64,000 nucleotides of DNA, taken from NCBI GenBank assembly GCA_048772705.1, contig JBLWGC010000033.1:253744-317743 (forward strand). Reading direction: 5' to 3'. Of the stretch, positions 30,135 through 40,069 are shown in pieces. Source of the DNA: Leidyana gryllorum EB-2025a. Its lineage: Eukaryota > Protista > Apicomplexa. Within the stretch, counting starts at the first letter, position 1, and each line of letters begins with the position of its first letter. The position numbers were made by a program, and so were the translations under genes. The notes under the pieces were generated by a model. It searched no databases and had not been told where the DNA came from. It saw only the letters and a program-made list of their open reading frames with translations.

Positions 30135-31994
30135 CTAAGCATCGTAAACTGAAACTAGTAAAGGCTTTGTTTTCTGAGGGCGGGCGCTGGTCTGCTTATC
30201 GGTGGGGGAACGCAAAGCGAGTACGAGTTGGCGGTTCTTGGCAATTTTGGGGAAGCGATTCTCCCAGCCATCCTGCAGCATCGTTCTGTAGATGGCCCAG
30301 TTGACTTCGTAGGCAAGATAGAAATCGATGTACGAGAGAGCGTTGCCAACGCAATAACCTTCATCGCTCTGCTGGAGGCAGATCAGCTCTTCCACAGTAT
30401 CGAGCTCAGAAGCGAATAGGGGTCTGTATTTGTCGAGGAGAGTGGGCAACTGCTCAGGCGATGCAACAGCGACTTGTCGCATGAAGCCCCGGCAATTGTT
30501 AAATGCACTAAAAATGGCCAGAGCATGTGCGTGTCCGAACAAGGATCTGGGAAGCAAGTTGGCTAGTTCGGCTGCGTAGGTTATGCAGCCGAAGACTTCG
30601 TATATTCTGTCTTGACCGATTTGTAGGAACGGCATCTTTCCGGTGGCACTCTCTGATTTGAGGGAGGCGACCCACTGATCTCTGGGTACCAGGATATCCT
30701 CGAAATCAATTTGTGCGTATTTGAATAGCTGTCTGATAGATTCAGCTCGTCCAGATACGGGGAAATAGTATAGTTGGGGTTTGGGGCTGTCTAGTTTGAG
30801 TCTCCTCTGCACTATGGGGTGAGACATGACCATTTGGTAGACTTGGGCGAGGTGGGGCCACTTGGATCGAATATCTTTGACATGAACGCCCCAAGGCTTC
30901 TGGAAGAGACAATGGAGGACGTTGGCCACAAGAAGGTCCACCCTGGTCAGCTTGTCCTCCACGATGTATCCCTGCCGAGACAGTGTCGAGCCCACCAAAA
31001 CCTCGGCCTTGTCCAGCGAGGCGGGAAGATCGACCTCGCTGGCCGTCTTTGTGATGGTGTCTTTCTCCCACTCCGGGGCGAGATAGACATCTCTCATAAT
31101 GTGTCCGTAAGACAACATAGCGGACTCGACCGCGCATGAGTGGTTGTACGCCTTCTCAGAACCGACCGGGGAGAGCACGTAATCCCGGTCAACCTGTTTC
31201 AAAATTGACAATGCGTCACGCGTAACATCTCCAGTCTCATGATCGTACAGTAGAGGCAGCATGGCCCCGCGATTTTGGATTTTGATCGCTGTCCATTCCT
31301 CACAAGTCACTCTCTCCTCACCGATTGCGACGCCGCATATGTCGAAAGCCCAACGAATGGCATCCGAAATGCCGTCAAAGTCATGGTATTCGAGGGTATA
31401 CAGCGGTTCCGTTCTACGGTCCTGAAACTCTCGCACAACCGGGAGTTCACTAACGTTGAGATAAAATATTTGACACGGTAGATACCACACGGCGGCAGAG
31501 ACGTGTTGCGCCTCCTTACACTGTTTGAGGAAGCGATCGAAGGCGCAATAGAGTGCAATGTCGGCGACGGTCATCTGATCTCCGAAAATGTAGCGATCTC
31601 TCTCCTTTGATGCTCGTCTCAGCAATGATGCAAGCCGCTGAAAGAGACTCTTAGTGACAGTTGCGCCTTCCCCTTCCTGCTGCCACGCATCAATGGAAAG
31701 CGAGAAGACTTCACACAAACACGAGTGGATCGCTAAAGTCTCGGGACACTTGCAGATAAAGTCTGGCCCCAAAGCCTGCTTCGCAACATACAGGAAAATT
31801 GCCTCGGGCTCCGTTATCAACTCGGTACCGACTTGGAGGGAGGGCAACGCTTGTGTGGACGGATGATTGATACTGACGGGGAGTATGGTGATGAGTGGTA
31901 TTAGATATAGGTGGGAAGCGAGAAGGATCGTCTGCACCAATACAGGCGCAGTGTCTGCTCGAAGATGTCTGAAAACCACCTTGTCAGATGTCAT
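30135..31994 (-). CDS. Divergent triple-domain GST G (unit 1 degenerate)
   Basis: Unit 1 keeps only ALPSLQV...ITEPEAI and YIFGDQMTVADI. Unit 2 TLEYHDFDGISDAIRW. Unit 3 is intact: PQLYYFPVSGRAESIR...LSYIDF. Confidence 0.85.
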   Translation of the reverse strand: MTSDKVVFRHLRADTAPVLVQTILLASHLYLIPLITILPVSINHPSTQALPSLQVGTELITEPEAIFLYVAKQALGPDFICKCPETLAIHSCLCEVFSLSIDAWQQEGEGATVTKSLFQRLASLLRRASKERDRYIFGDQMTVADIALYCAFDRFLKQCKEAQHVSAAVWYLPCQIFYLNVSELPVVREFQDRRTEPLYTLEYHDFDGISDAIRWAFDICGVAIGEERVTCEEWTAIKIQNRGAMLPLLYDHETGDVTRDALSILKQVDRDYVLSPVGSEKAYNHSCAVESAMLSYGHIMRDVYLAPEWEKDTITKTASEVDLPASLDKAEVLVGSTLSRQGYIVEDKLTRVDLLVANVLHCLFQKPWGVHVKDIRSKWPHLAQVYQMVMSHPIVQRRLKLDSPKPQLYYFPVSGRAESIRQLFKYAQIDFEDILVPRDQWVASLKSESATGKMPFLQIGQDRIYEVFGCITYAAELANLLPRSLFGHAHALAIFSAFNNCRGFMRQVAVASPEQLPTLLDKYRPLFASELDTVEELICLQQSDEGYCVGNALSYIDFYLAYEVNWAIYRTMLQDGWENRFPKIAKNRQLVLALRSPTDKQTSARPQKTKPLLVSVYDA

Positions 31995-32028
31995 CTTTCG
32001 TTCGTTTTACAATGGCAAAAAGTGACGA

Positions 32029-32655
32029 CTAAATAGAAGAAGCAGACTTTGAACGTGTGCGAGTGTAGAATTCCACGACTTTGGGATGATTCTTGATCAT
32101 CCGATGAATTTGAGACAGCTTGGGAAAGTGGCGGTCAGTATGTGGTATTATTACGCCGAAGGGGTTGTCGTGAACAAACTCAATTGCTGCGTACACGAGA
32201 AGATCGGCCGGGGTTACAGTGTTACCCACACAATACCCTGTTGCGGTTACTGTTTTCTCTATCAAACATAACCCCTGATGAACCGTATTAATGGCAACAG
32301 GGACGCGAGCGGGTCTATCGGCAGGCGTAGCGCGTATAATCGGAACAACCGCTCCCGATAAGGTGTCACACATTTGACAAATCTGTTCAGAGCGAAGAGC
32401 ATGAAGGGGATCAGAGGGCTCGATTCCACTCTGACGCGCGGCATAATTCAGCATAGCTATGGGCTCAGCGAAACGCTGGCCATCCACCTCCAAGATCGGG
32501 AATGTACCCGTAGGCGACACGTGGGCATACTGTGGCATGTCGCATATGTCGAATCGGCGGTCCTCAATCTCCACATCCCCAAGCGCGAATGCAAGTCGTA
32601 TCGCGTGAGCTCTCCCCGGCACATCGGCGTAGTACAGGATCGGGCTGGAGGACAT
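32029..32655 (-). CDS. Single-domain sigma-like glutathione S-transferase H (208 aa)
   Basis: PILYYADVPGRAHAIRL, GTFPILEVDG, GYCVGNTVTPADL. First ATG at 32655. Confidence 0.9.
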   Translation of the reverse strand: MSSSPILYYADVPGRAHAIRLAFALGDVEIEDRRFDICDMPQYAHVSPTGTFPILEVDGQRFAEPIAMLNYAARQSGIEPSDPLHALRSEQICQMCDTLSGAVVPIIRATPADRPARVPVAINTVHQGLCLIEKTVTATGYCVGNTVTPADLLVYAAIEFVHDNPFGVIIPHTDRHFPKLSQIHRMIKNHPKVVEFYTRTRSKSASSI

Positions 32656-32687
32656 GGTTTGGGAGACAAAATTTTTCTTCCATCTGA

Positions 32688-33450
32688 TCAAGCTGACTGC
32701 ATCTCAGCACAGAAATCCTCAACCCCAGCTGTCACGTCTGGATCCTCGTCGTTGTTCGGACGAGCGCGGCCTTCGTGGACGCCGCGGATCATCACGGCGA
32801 CCAACAGATTCCGCAGAGTGCGTTGCAAAGCGGGATCGTTCCGGTTGAAAGCGTGTGCCGTGCGCGCCAGAGCTATCGCAGATTGGTAGTTCCCGGCCTC
32901 CTTGTGTCGCTCTATGTAGATCATCCACAGACGCAAGTCGCGTGGATTGCGCAAAATGCACTGCAAAGTCACTCATCTTTCACCGAAAAATCACTCACCT
33001 GCCCCAGAAACGTATCCAACAAATGTTTGTTCGCTTTCCGACACAAGAACTCTATGATCGTCAGCTCCAAATGCCCATCACTCGGACACACATTTCGAGC
33101 ACGCAAAAGCAGGCGGTAGATCAACTTGAGCCACTCACTGAACACCTTATGGGCTCCTTCGGGCTGCCGAGACAGAAAAAATTCGGCTTGGCCAGCAGCT
33201 GACTCACCTTGACGGCGGGCCTCCTCAGTACACCGTGAACGGCGACCATATATGTGATCCACTGAAGGTACGCTGACAACTTTTTGTCGGGTTCATTCAA
33301 GTTGTCTGCCACAGCTTGAAAGTGTCTCGAACGAGAGGCTATCAAAGCGGCCTGGTCCGAGGTCAGTAGTTCCAGCTCCACCGCACTATATAGAGCTCGC
33401 GCAATACGCCCCTCAATGGGCTGTCCCTGACTCCGCATCGCGATACTCAT
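32688..33450 (-). CDS. UTP6: UTP6-like (U3 snoRNP, HAT-repeat) short protein, 3 exons (introns 33207-33164, 32998-32961)
   Basis: Two phase-0 GTGAGT...CAG introns give a 226-aa protein. IYRLLLRA...PSDGHL..IIEF and CILRNPRDLRLWMIY...GNYQSA..L resemble the UTP6 N-terminal HAT region. Confidence 0.55.
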
Positions 33451-35708
33451 CTTGCCGTGGGCCAAAAAAAATTAAGACTCATCGGAACCACCAGTACAGT
33501 GATCTCATACCCACTCAGAGCTGCAATCTTATCGCTCCCCAACTGCAACTCCCGCCGTAACCAAATCACCACTTCTTCTAAGGCCTTCTGCGCAACGACC
33601 CAACCAATAATGAGCTGTGCAGACAGACACGATCTCCGTGCTCACCTGCATCGGTAATTGACGATGATCCAATAAGTGAAACAGAACATTAGCCGTCTCC
33701 TGGGGCGATATCGCCGCGGCTACTTCGGATGGCGACAGAATCTGATAATCCCAAAATAATACCCATTTCGCCTCCAAAACCGCCATACCAACAGGAAATG
33801 TTTGTAAACAGGGATCATATAATCGGCCGCTTCGGGGATAGGCGGCACACTCGTCTGAGACGGATCCCCTCCCGGCAACTTGACCGTCTTTGTTGTCTTC
33901 CGCTTCTCTGTCCCTGACAGCTTATCGCGGCTCGACCGCCGATGCGGCTGAGATATCCCGAACGGCAGATCGATAAAGTCGGGCACACTGACCAATCCCA
34001 GCTGATTAGCTGCGAAAAACCCGATACCTCGAGTCGTCTTGTACTCTGCGCGCGCCATCAACAGCCGAATGATCGATCGATCGGGGCACAGCAGCCACAG
34101 CGTCACTCACTCAGCATCGGACTGTTCTTCAGCACACTCTCCAGCAAAGATTGACGCGTTTCATGATGAATCGGATCACCCACTCCGGTGTGTGCGTTCG
34201 ATAGTTCAGGAGACACCATATGGTCCATCTCAGTTCCTGCGATGAAACCGTCGGAATAATGGCCGCCACCGCCACTCACTCTGCCTCAGCTTCATTTTTT
34301 GATTTGCAATGATACGAGGGGCTTTCGTTTGGGCAGAGGCGGCGACCAGATTGGCATTTTCCCCCAGCAGAGTATCCACATATTTGGTCACCGCTGCGTG
34401 CACTCGTTGATTCTCAGAAGACGATGCCATAGTGTGCATATGGGCTGAGAGAGACTTGGCCAACCCGACGCCCAATACTTCCTCGTGTGTGCCTCCTACA
34501 TATATGGTAAAGTTGACCGCGGGGGAGGCGAGGGGCGAGTGCTCACGTTTTGGCAATGGACGCGGCCCTTTGGAACTTCGTCGGCGATAGGCGAAACAAA
34601 TGCTGTTGTTCCCAACAGTCGCAACTACACAAACATTGTGGGTGGGCACCATAATCCCGCTGGTCAGTACTACGCCCGAAGCAGCAAAAGCACTCGCAAC
34701 TTCAGAGTTGCGGGTGGATGTGGCGATCCCGAAGAAACTCGTGGCAAAGTCTTCGACCAATTCATTGTGAACAGTCTTGAGAGCGTCTCGGATGTGATCA
34801 GCGCTACGGAAAGTCTGAGACACGGCCTTTGATCGCGACGGATGGGATGCCGCGCCGTTGTCCATCGTAAAGGTCGACAACGTCGCCAACAGACGGCGCG
34901 CGAAATAGAAAGGCACCCAGTCAGCGAGAAAGCCACCCTCCGGACCGAAGCCTCGACATAATGCCCAAAACTTCAGTCCATACCATTGAGCTCCGGCACT
35001 GAAGAGCACAAACTGATTGGCCCCGGGAGGTCCACTGGAACACTCTTTTCAACGGCGGTTAGACCTTTGGCGGAGAGATTATTAGCCTACCCGAAGTCCC
35101 GCAAGTGGTCGCATGCACATTGAAATCCAGAAAGAAAGTACTCGGGAGCTGCCGCCCCGGCGCAGTCACTGCTTCGAGGGGTCGACGCTAAAGCGGTTGA
35201 TGGAAGAGGGGAGTCTGCGCTAGGCAGCGTCGCATACCGAAAAAGGACCGCAAGCCGACGTTTGCTGACGGAAGGAACCAAAGACACAATAGGAGCCGTC
35301 GTGCTGATCAAAGGCGAAAGCGTTTCGGAGGAGATCAGCCTACGGATTACAGATGGACAATGCCTGCCGTCGTCTTACATAGGTTGGATTCTTGGGCACT
35401 GGCGGGATGTGAGAGGGTAGGGGAGAGGACTCGGGAGATCCAGGGGGCTGCTGTGAGGGAGGTTGAGAGGGAGGTGGTTGGGTGGCCGTTCGAGCGTGTT
35501 GAAGGCGTTGCAGTAAACCCGAAGCATTGCTGATAGCTTGCTCGACTACGGAAGGTACCCGGTCGGCAGGGCCAGCAGGTTCGATTCCTGTAGCTTGTGG
35601 GGGTGGTGTCTCGGGCGCTAGTGGCACAGCTGTGGGTACAATGGTCTGACTTGGGTCACCCGTAAGGGCTGAGAATAATGTGTCGTCCAATAACCACTCA
35701 TCTTTCAT
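33447..35708 (-). CDS. PP2C/PPM-fold protein lacking the catalytic aspartates (multi-exon)
   Basis: Introns 34279-34237, 34110-34046, 33788-33742 and 33645-33615 join the ORFs in frame; the 5' exon pattern is ambiguous. PP2C motifs appear in the right order: FWALCRGFG, VVATVGNNS, TEMDH, TTRGIG, FLLILSPS, YEITVLVV. Confidence 0.6.
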
Positions 35709-35733
35709 AGGGCACAAAATCCAGTGATCAAAA

Positions 35734-36663
35734 ATGGTCCTCCCAGTACTAGCTATTGACGTGGATGAGGTGCTCGCTCAGTATCTCTATAGTGAGTTGC
35801 TCTCTCACTTCTCTGCCAATACCATTGCAGGTTGTAATGAATGGCATAACCGCATGTTTAACACCCATTATACATTAAGCGACTACAAATCGTGAGTCTC
35901 GCACACGTGTGTGTGTGTGTGTGTATGTGGGAGCCTGTCCAACATTCTGTGCGACTGCAGCTATACGTTCTGTGAAACGTGGGGATGCTCAGACGATGAA
36001 GCGCGGAAGCGCGTGTATGGTGAGTGGTAGTGCACGCGAGCGGGTGACGTCACATTGCCGGACAGCTTTCTATAAGTCTGCCGAGTTTGAGAACCTTCCA
36101 GTGGTGCCAGGGGCCATCGAAGCCGTGGAAGCGCTCTCAAAGTACTTCACACTCGTAGTCGTGACCTCGCGACAAGAGTTCATCCGAGATGTCACGATCA
36201 AATGGTTGAATTCCCATTTTGGCCCAACACGCTTCAAAGAAGTGCTCTTTGGAAACGTATGGGTTCCCGAGGCTGGAGCCAAGCGGAGGTCAAAAGGAGA
36301 GATGTGTAAATCGGTAAACGCAATCGCCCTCATTGACGATCTCCCGTGTTATGTTTACGACGTCGCCCAAGTAAGTTACAACGGCTTCTGCTGGCCCTAT
36401 CAGCTGTGTATCAGAGAGGCATAATTCCCATACTCTTCGACCGAGATGGGGCACAGGGCTGGTCAAAGATACCGTCTGCCCGAATTCCAATGATACCAAA
36501 CCTTAACATATGTCGCTCTTGGGAGGAAGTGGTCCAAGTCTGTCAACCATTGAGACAACCCGAAGAGCAACTGATGCCGATCAACTCGGCTGACGCGGAG
36601 GAGAAGAGAGAAGAAGCCCCCGTGGCTGAACCCAAGGAGACCATTGAAGTCAGAGCAGTTTAG
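35734..36663 (+). CDS. HAD-superfamily 5'(3')-deoxyribonucleotidase-like protein 1 (5 exons)
   Basis: MVLPVLAIDVDEVL (DxD motif I), VVPGA, VVTSRQ (motif II), LIDD (motif IV). Introns 35792-35830, 35892-35960, 36020-36065, 36371-36414. Confidence 0.85.
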
Positions 36664-36691
36664 ACTACTGCTTTGTCAGAAAAAATTCGTC

Positions 36692-37484
36692 ATGCGACCT
36701 GTAATAGCCGTTGACTGCGATGATGTGCTCTGCCGCTACAAAGAGAGGCTTTGTGATTGGCGGAATGCTCAAAGTGGATCCAGTTGGGCTGTGACAGACT
36801 GTCCTTAGTAAGTGAATCCCTATTCTTTTTTCATCAACAAGCTCCCTCAGCTTCAGTATAACTGACCATTGGAATGTTGAACTGGATGACGCCTACAAAA
36901 TCATCGATGGTACACACTATCTTTTCTCCCTTGACGTGTGCCAATCCCGCCATCCTCATCAGATTTCTTTCATTCACCTGAAATCGAGAATCTGGAAGTC
37001 ATCCCGGGAGCAGTGGAAGCTCTGAGGGTCCTCAGTCAGTATTGCGATATCTATGTGGTCACGAGCCGCCAGAGCTGGACAGAGGAGCTCACCATCAGAT
37101 GGATCAAGAAGCATTTCGGTGAAGACATCTTCAAAGGTTACTTGTTTGGCAACGCGTTTGTCAAGGGGGAACCATCCAGGACGAAGAGTACTATGTTGAA
37201 GGAGATAGGTGCTTTGACTCTGATAGATGATCAGGCCCATCATTTGATTGATGCAATCAATAACGCCGTAAGTGGAACCGATTCTGGTGGGGCGGCGCCT
37301 TATATATATGATGGGATCTGTGCAGGGTGTAAAACGGCCTATTCTGTTCAATTGGGCATCGCGGCACCCCTGGGCAAGACTGCCATCTGATGCCGATGGC
37401 CAAGCCATTGCACTTTGCACTTCCTGGGAACAGATCGTCGCCGAGGTCATGAACATCATTGGTGTCTTATCTCAACAGATCTGA
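36692..37484 (+). CDS. HAD-superfamily 5'(3')-deoxyribonucleotidase-like protein 2 (multi-exon tandem paralogue)
   Basis: MRPVIAVDCDDVL, VIPGA, VVTSRQ, LIDD, PILFNW...SWEQI. Same block order as the upstream paralogue. Confidence 0.85.
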
Positions 37485-39541
37485 AGCGTGCTCCAAGTCT
37501 TCAAAGTTGGGATACGTGGGCGGCCCATTCTGTGCTGGAGCTTGAACCGTCACAGACGGATCATCAGCCCGATGATGGGCATCCGGCATCGTTTCCCAAC
37601 TGTGCGCTGCGCCACCGATCACTGGATCGTAGGGTATCCTTGAAGTACTTTTCGCAACCACAGCAATCAATGCCCCAACGACTGACACTCCAATACCGCC
37701 ACCAATGATCCATGAAACTATTGTAAAGAAACAAACATTACTTCCCTCCAAGGAACTTACGTCGACTCGGATCACGATACGCGGAACCGCTGCCAGCACC
37801 CACAGTTTGCCCTCCGCCGGCATTGATATATGGCAACACTTTGTGGCTTGTCCAACTCCACAACTGACTGTCGTTGACCAGTGACGGAGGCAGTTTATTC
37901 ATCGATTGTGGGTCACCCCCGGATGCGGGCATATTGACAAGATGATCTGCGAGGCACACGTGTGTGTTTTTGGTAACAGATCACAGTGTTTATGACTCAC
38001 CACGCGCTTGTATGTAATCGTCCACAGCGGCTCCAACGACTCCAGAGTCCTGCTGCGGGGGTTCGGGACGTTGATAGGCATTGTGGGGCGGACATTCGGC
38101 TGATACGAATCCAATGTAACTATTATCGCGATCGAAAATGACCTCCTTCTTCTTCATGAAACTCATGCCCAATATCGTCTGCTTCCGACGATTGTTCTCG
38201 ATTGCAGAGCACCAAACTCTGGATAATCAAATGTCAGGATGAGTGAGTTAATGATGGCTGCCTTACCGCTCAGTTTTTCTGAACAACCACGATTCCGCTG
38301 CCCATTCGACAACTCCTCCGTTTCTGATTGGGAGGTCTCGATGTGCCAGACTTTGGACCTTACCCGAATTCTACGTAGAAGCTTGGGATACGAGCGAGAT
38401 ACTCCGCAACAGGTACACTTTCGTCTTTGAAATGGAAACACACAAGATCGGACTTGCCGCGGACACATTGTCCGGCTCGTTTATTGGGGTCGGAGATAGC
38501 ATTGTTAGAATTGCACAAATCGACAAGTTCTCGGGCCAGGGTGTGGTAGATGTCATTGGGAAAGTAGGAGTAAGTAGTTCCGGAATCAACCAAAACATCC
38601 CCAAATCCGCCTTGAACGAGTACTTTAGCTCCAAGGCTTATTCTAGCGAGATCAATGGAGTAAGCAGAGTCACTGATCAATTTCACCCAGACAATCTCGG
38701 GTGTGGGACCTCTACCATTGTGGGCAATTTGCGGGGCCTGTACATTTTGGCCTCGTAGAAACTGACGGAACCAACCACCCAGGGCCATGTTGGTTTGCGA
38801 TGTGGGATGGGAAAAACTCGCTTTGTGATAGGAGTTGTTGTATCCGCCCACCGAGAGGAGACCGCCATCTTCGGCGACACACAAAGAGAAGACTTTGCTG
38901 TTCACTTCTCGGGAGTTCATCAGCACATCCATCACTGTCGGTTGTCGCCCGCCCTTGGGAAACGATACCCCTAGAATACCGCTCGCTTGCTGCGTGGTAA
39001 ATAGCACAGTTTCCCGCGTGTGGCATCCGATGTAGTCGTAAGTGACAAAGGTGTTGTGATCAACTTGATCACCCAACGCGATCTTATCGCTGAAGAAAAA
39101 CCCTTCGATACTCGAGCCTTCGCTGTAGACTTGACTGTACAAACAGGTGTCCTTCTCGGAGGTTTTGCAGCTGCCTCTCGCCATACATCTCTTGTCATAG
39201 CACGAGTACCTCTCTGCCGTCCTGGATTGACTAATGTCAAACGGCTCATCCAGATGATGACCACAATTACGCCCACAACCCGTACAGGAGAATCCCAACA
39301 AACTTGAACCAGAATCCAAAATAACAGATTGTCTTCGGGGAGGAGTTCCAACCAGCACGTCTATAAAGTAGTAGGCAAAGTCATTTATTGACCCATATAA
39401 GGGTGCCACTTGCAGCCGTCGCGGTTCCCATTCGGATGCTAATCGCCTCCCAGGAAACGCTCCCACACAAGGAGAATCAGCTTCATGATGATAGTACGCC
39501 CCTAAGACTCCGACTAACCCTCGCGCCAGCCACCACCTCAT
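37467..39541 (-). CDS. Plasmepsin V/ASP5-like membrane-anchored aspartyl protease (5 exons)
   Basis: Signal peptide; YYFIDVLVGTPP..SVILDSGSS; Cys-rich insert CTGCGRNCGHH; YSEGSSIEGFFFSD; GCHTRE..LF..QQASGILG; LVDSGTT; ILGMSF; C-terminal TM. Introns 38363-38324, 38266-38219, 38000-37947, 37760-37718. Confidence 0.88.
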
Positions 39542-40069
39542 TTTCCCCTCTTTTTTTCCACCCTATAAAACCCCCCTTCAGTTCCCCACTCCGATCCACC
39601 ACGTCCAACACGAGCCTCCCTCCCCAGACTTTTGCCGACTCACGTTCAAACTCTCATACCCTTCAAATCTGCCGTCACATGCCCCAGCGGTCTTCTCAAT
39701 TGACGTCTGCTGTCCCGATCTCCAGGGTCATGCCACTCGCCCGAAATCCCAATTGTCACGTACCACAAGGCCTGCACAGACCTGTCGTCTGCCCTATCAC
39801 AGCTAACATCTATATGTCGTTTCCGCCGGAAATGGCTAAAAGAAGGCTGTAGCACGAACTAGGCGAGTCTGTGCGGTGTCTCAGTGCGTGCACACGATTT
39901 TACATCTTCATTTACACAGAGCCATCAAACTTGGTTGTAGACTGTTCGTAACCTTCGGTGGTATGATCTTGATTTGATAGTATTGTCCTGCATGCCAGCA
40001 GGTAGTCGATTGAGTGGCTAGATGAGGTAGCGTCGAATTCGTGGTTTGTATGTTAAGAAGACACTTCAT

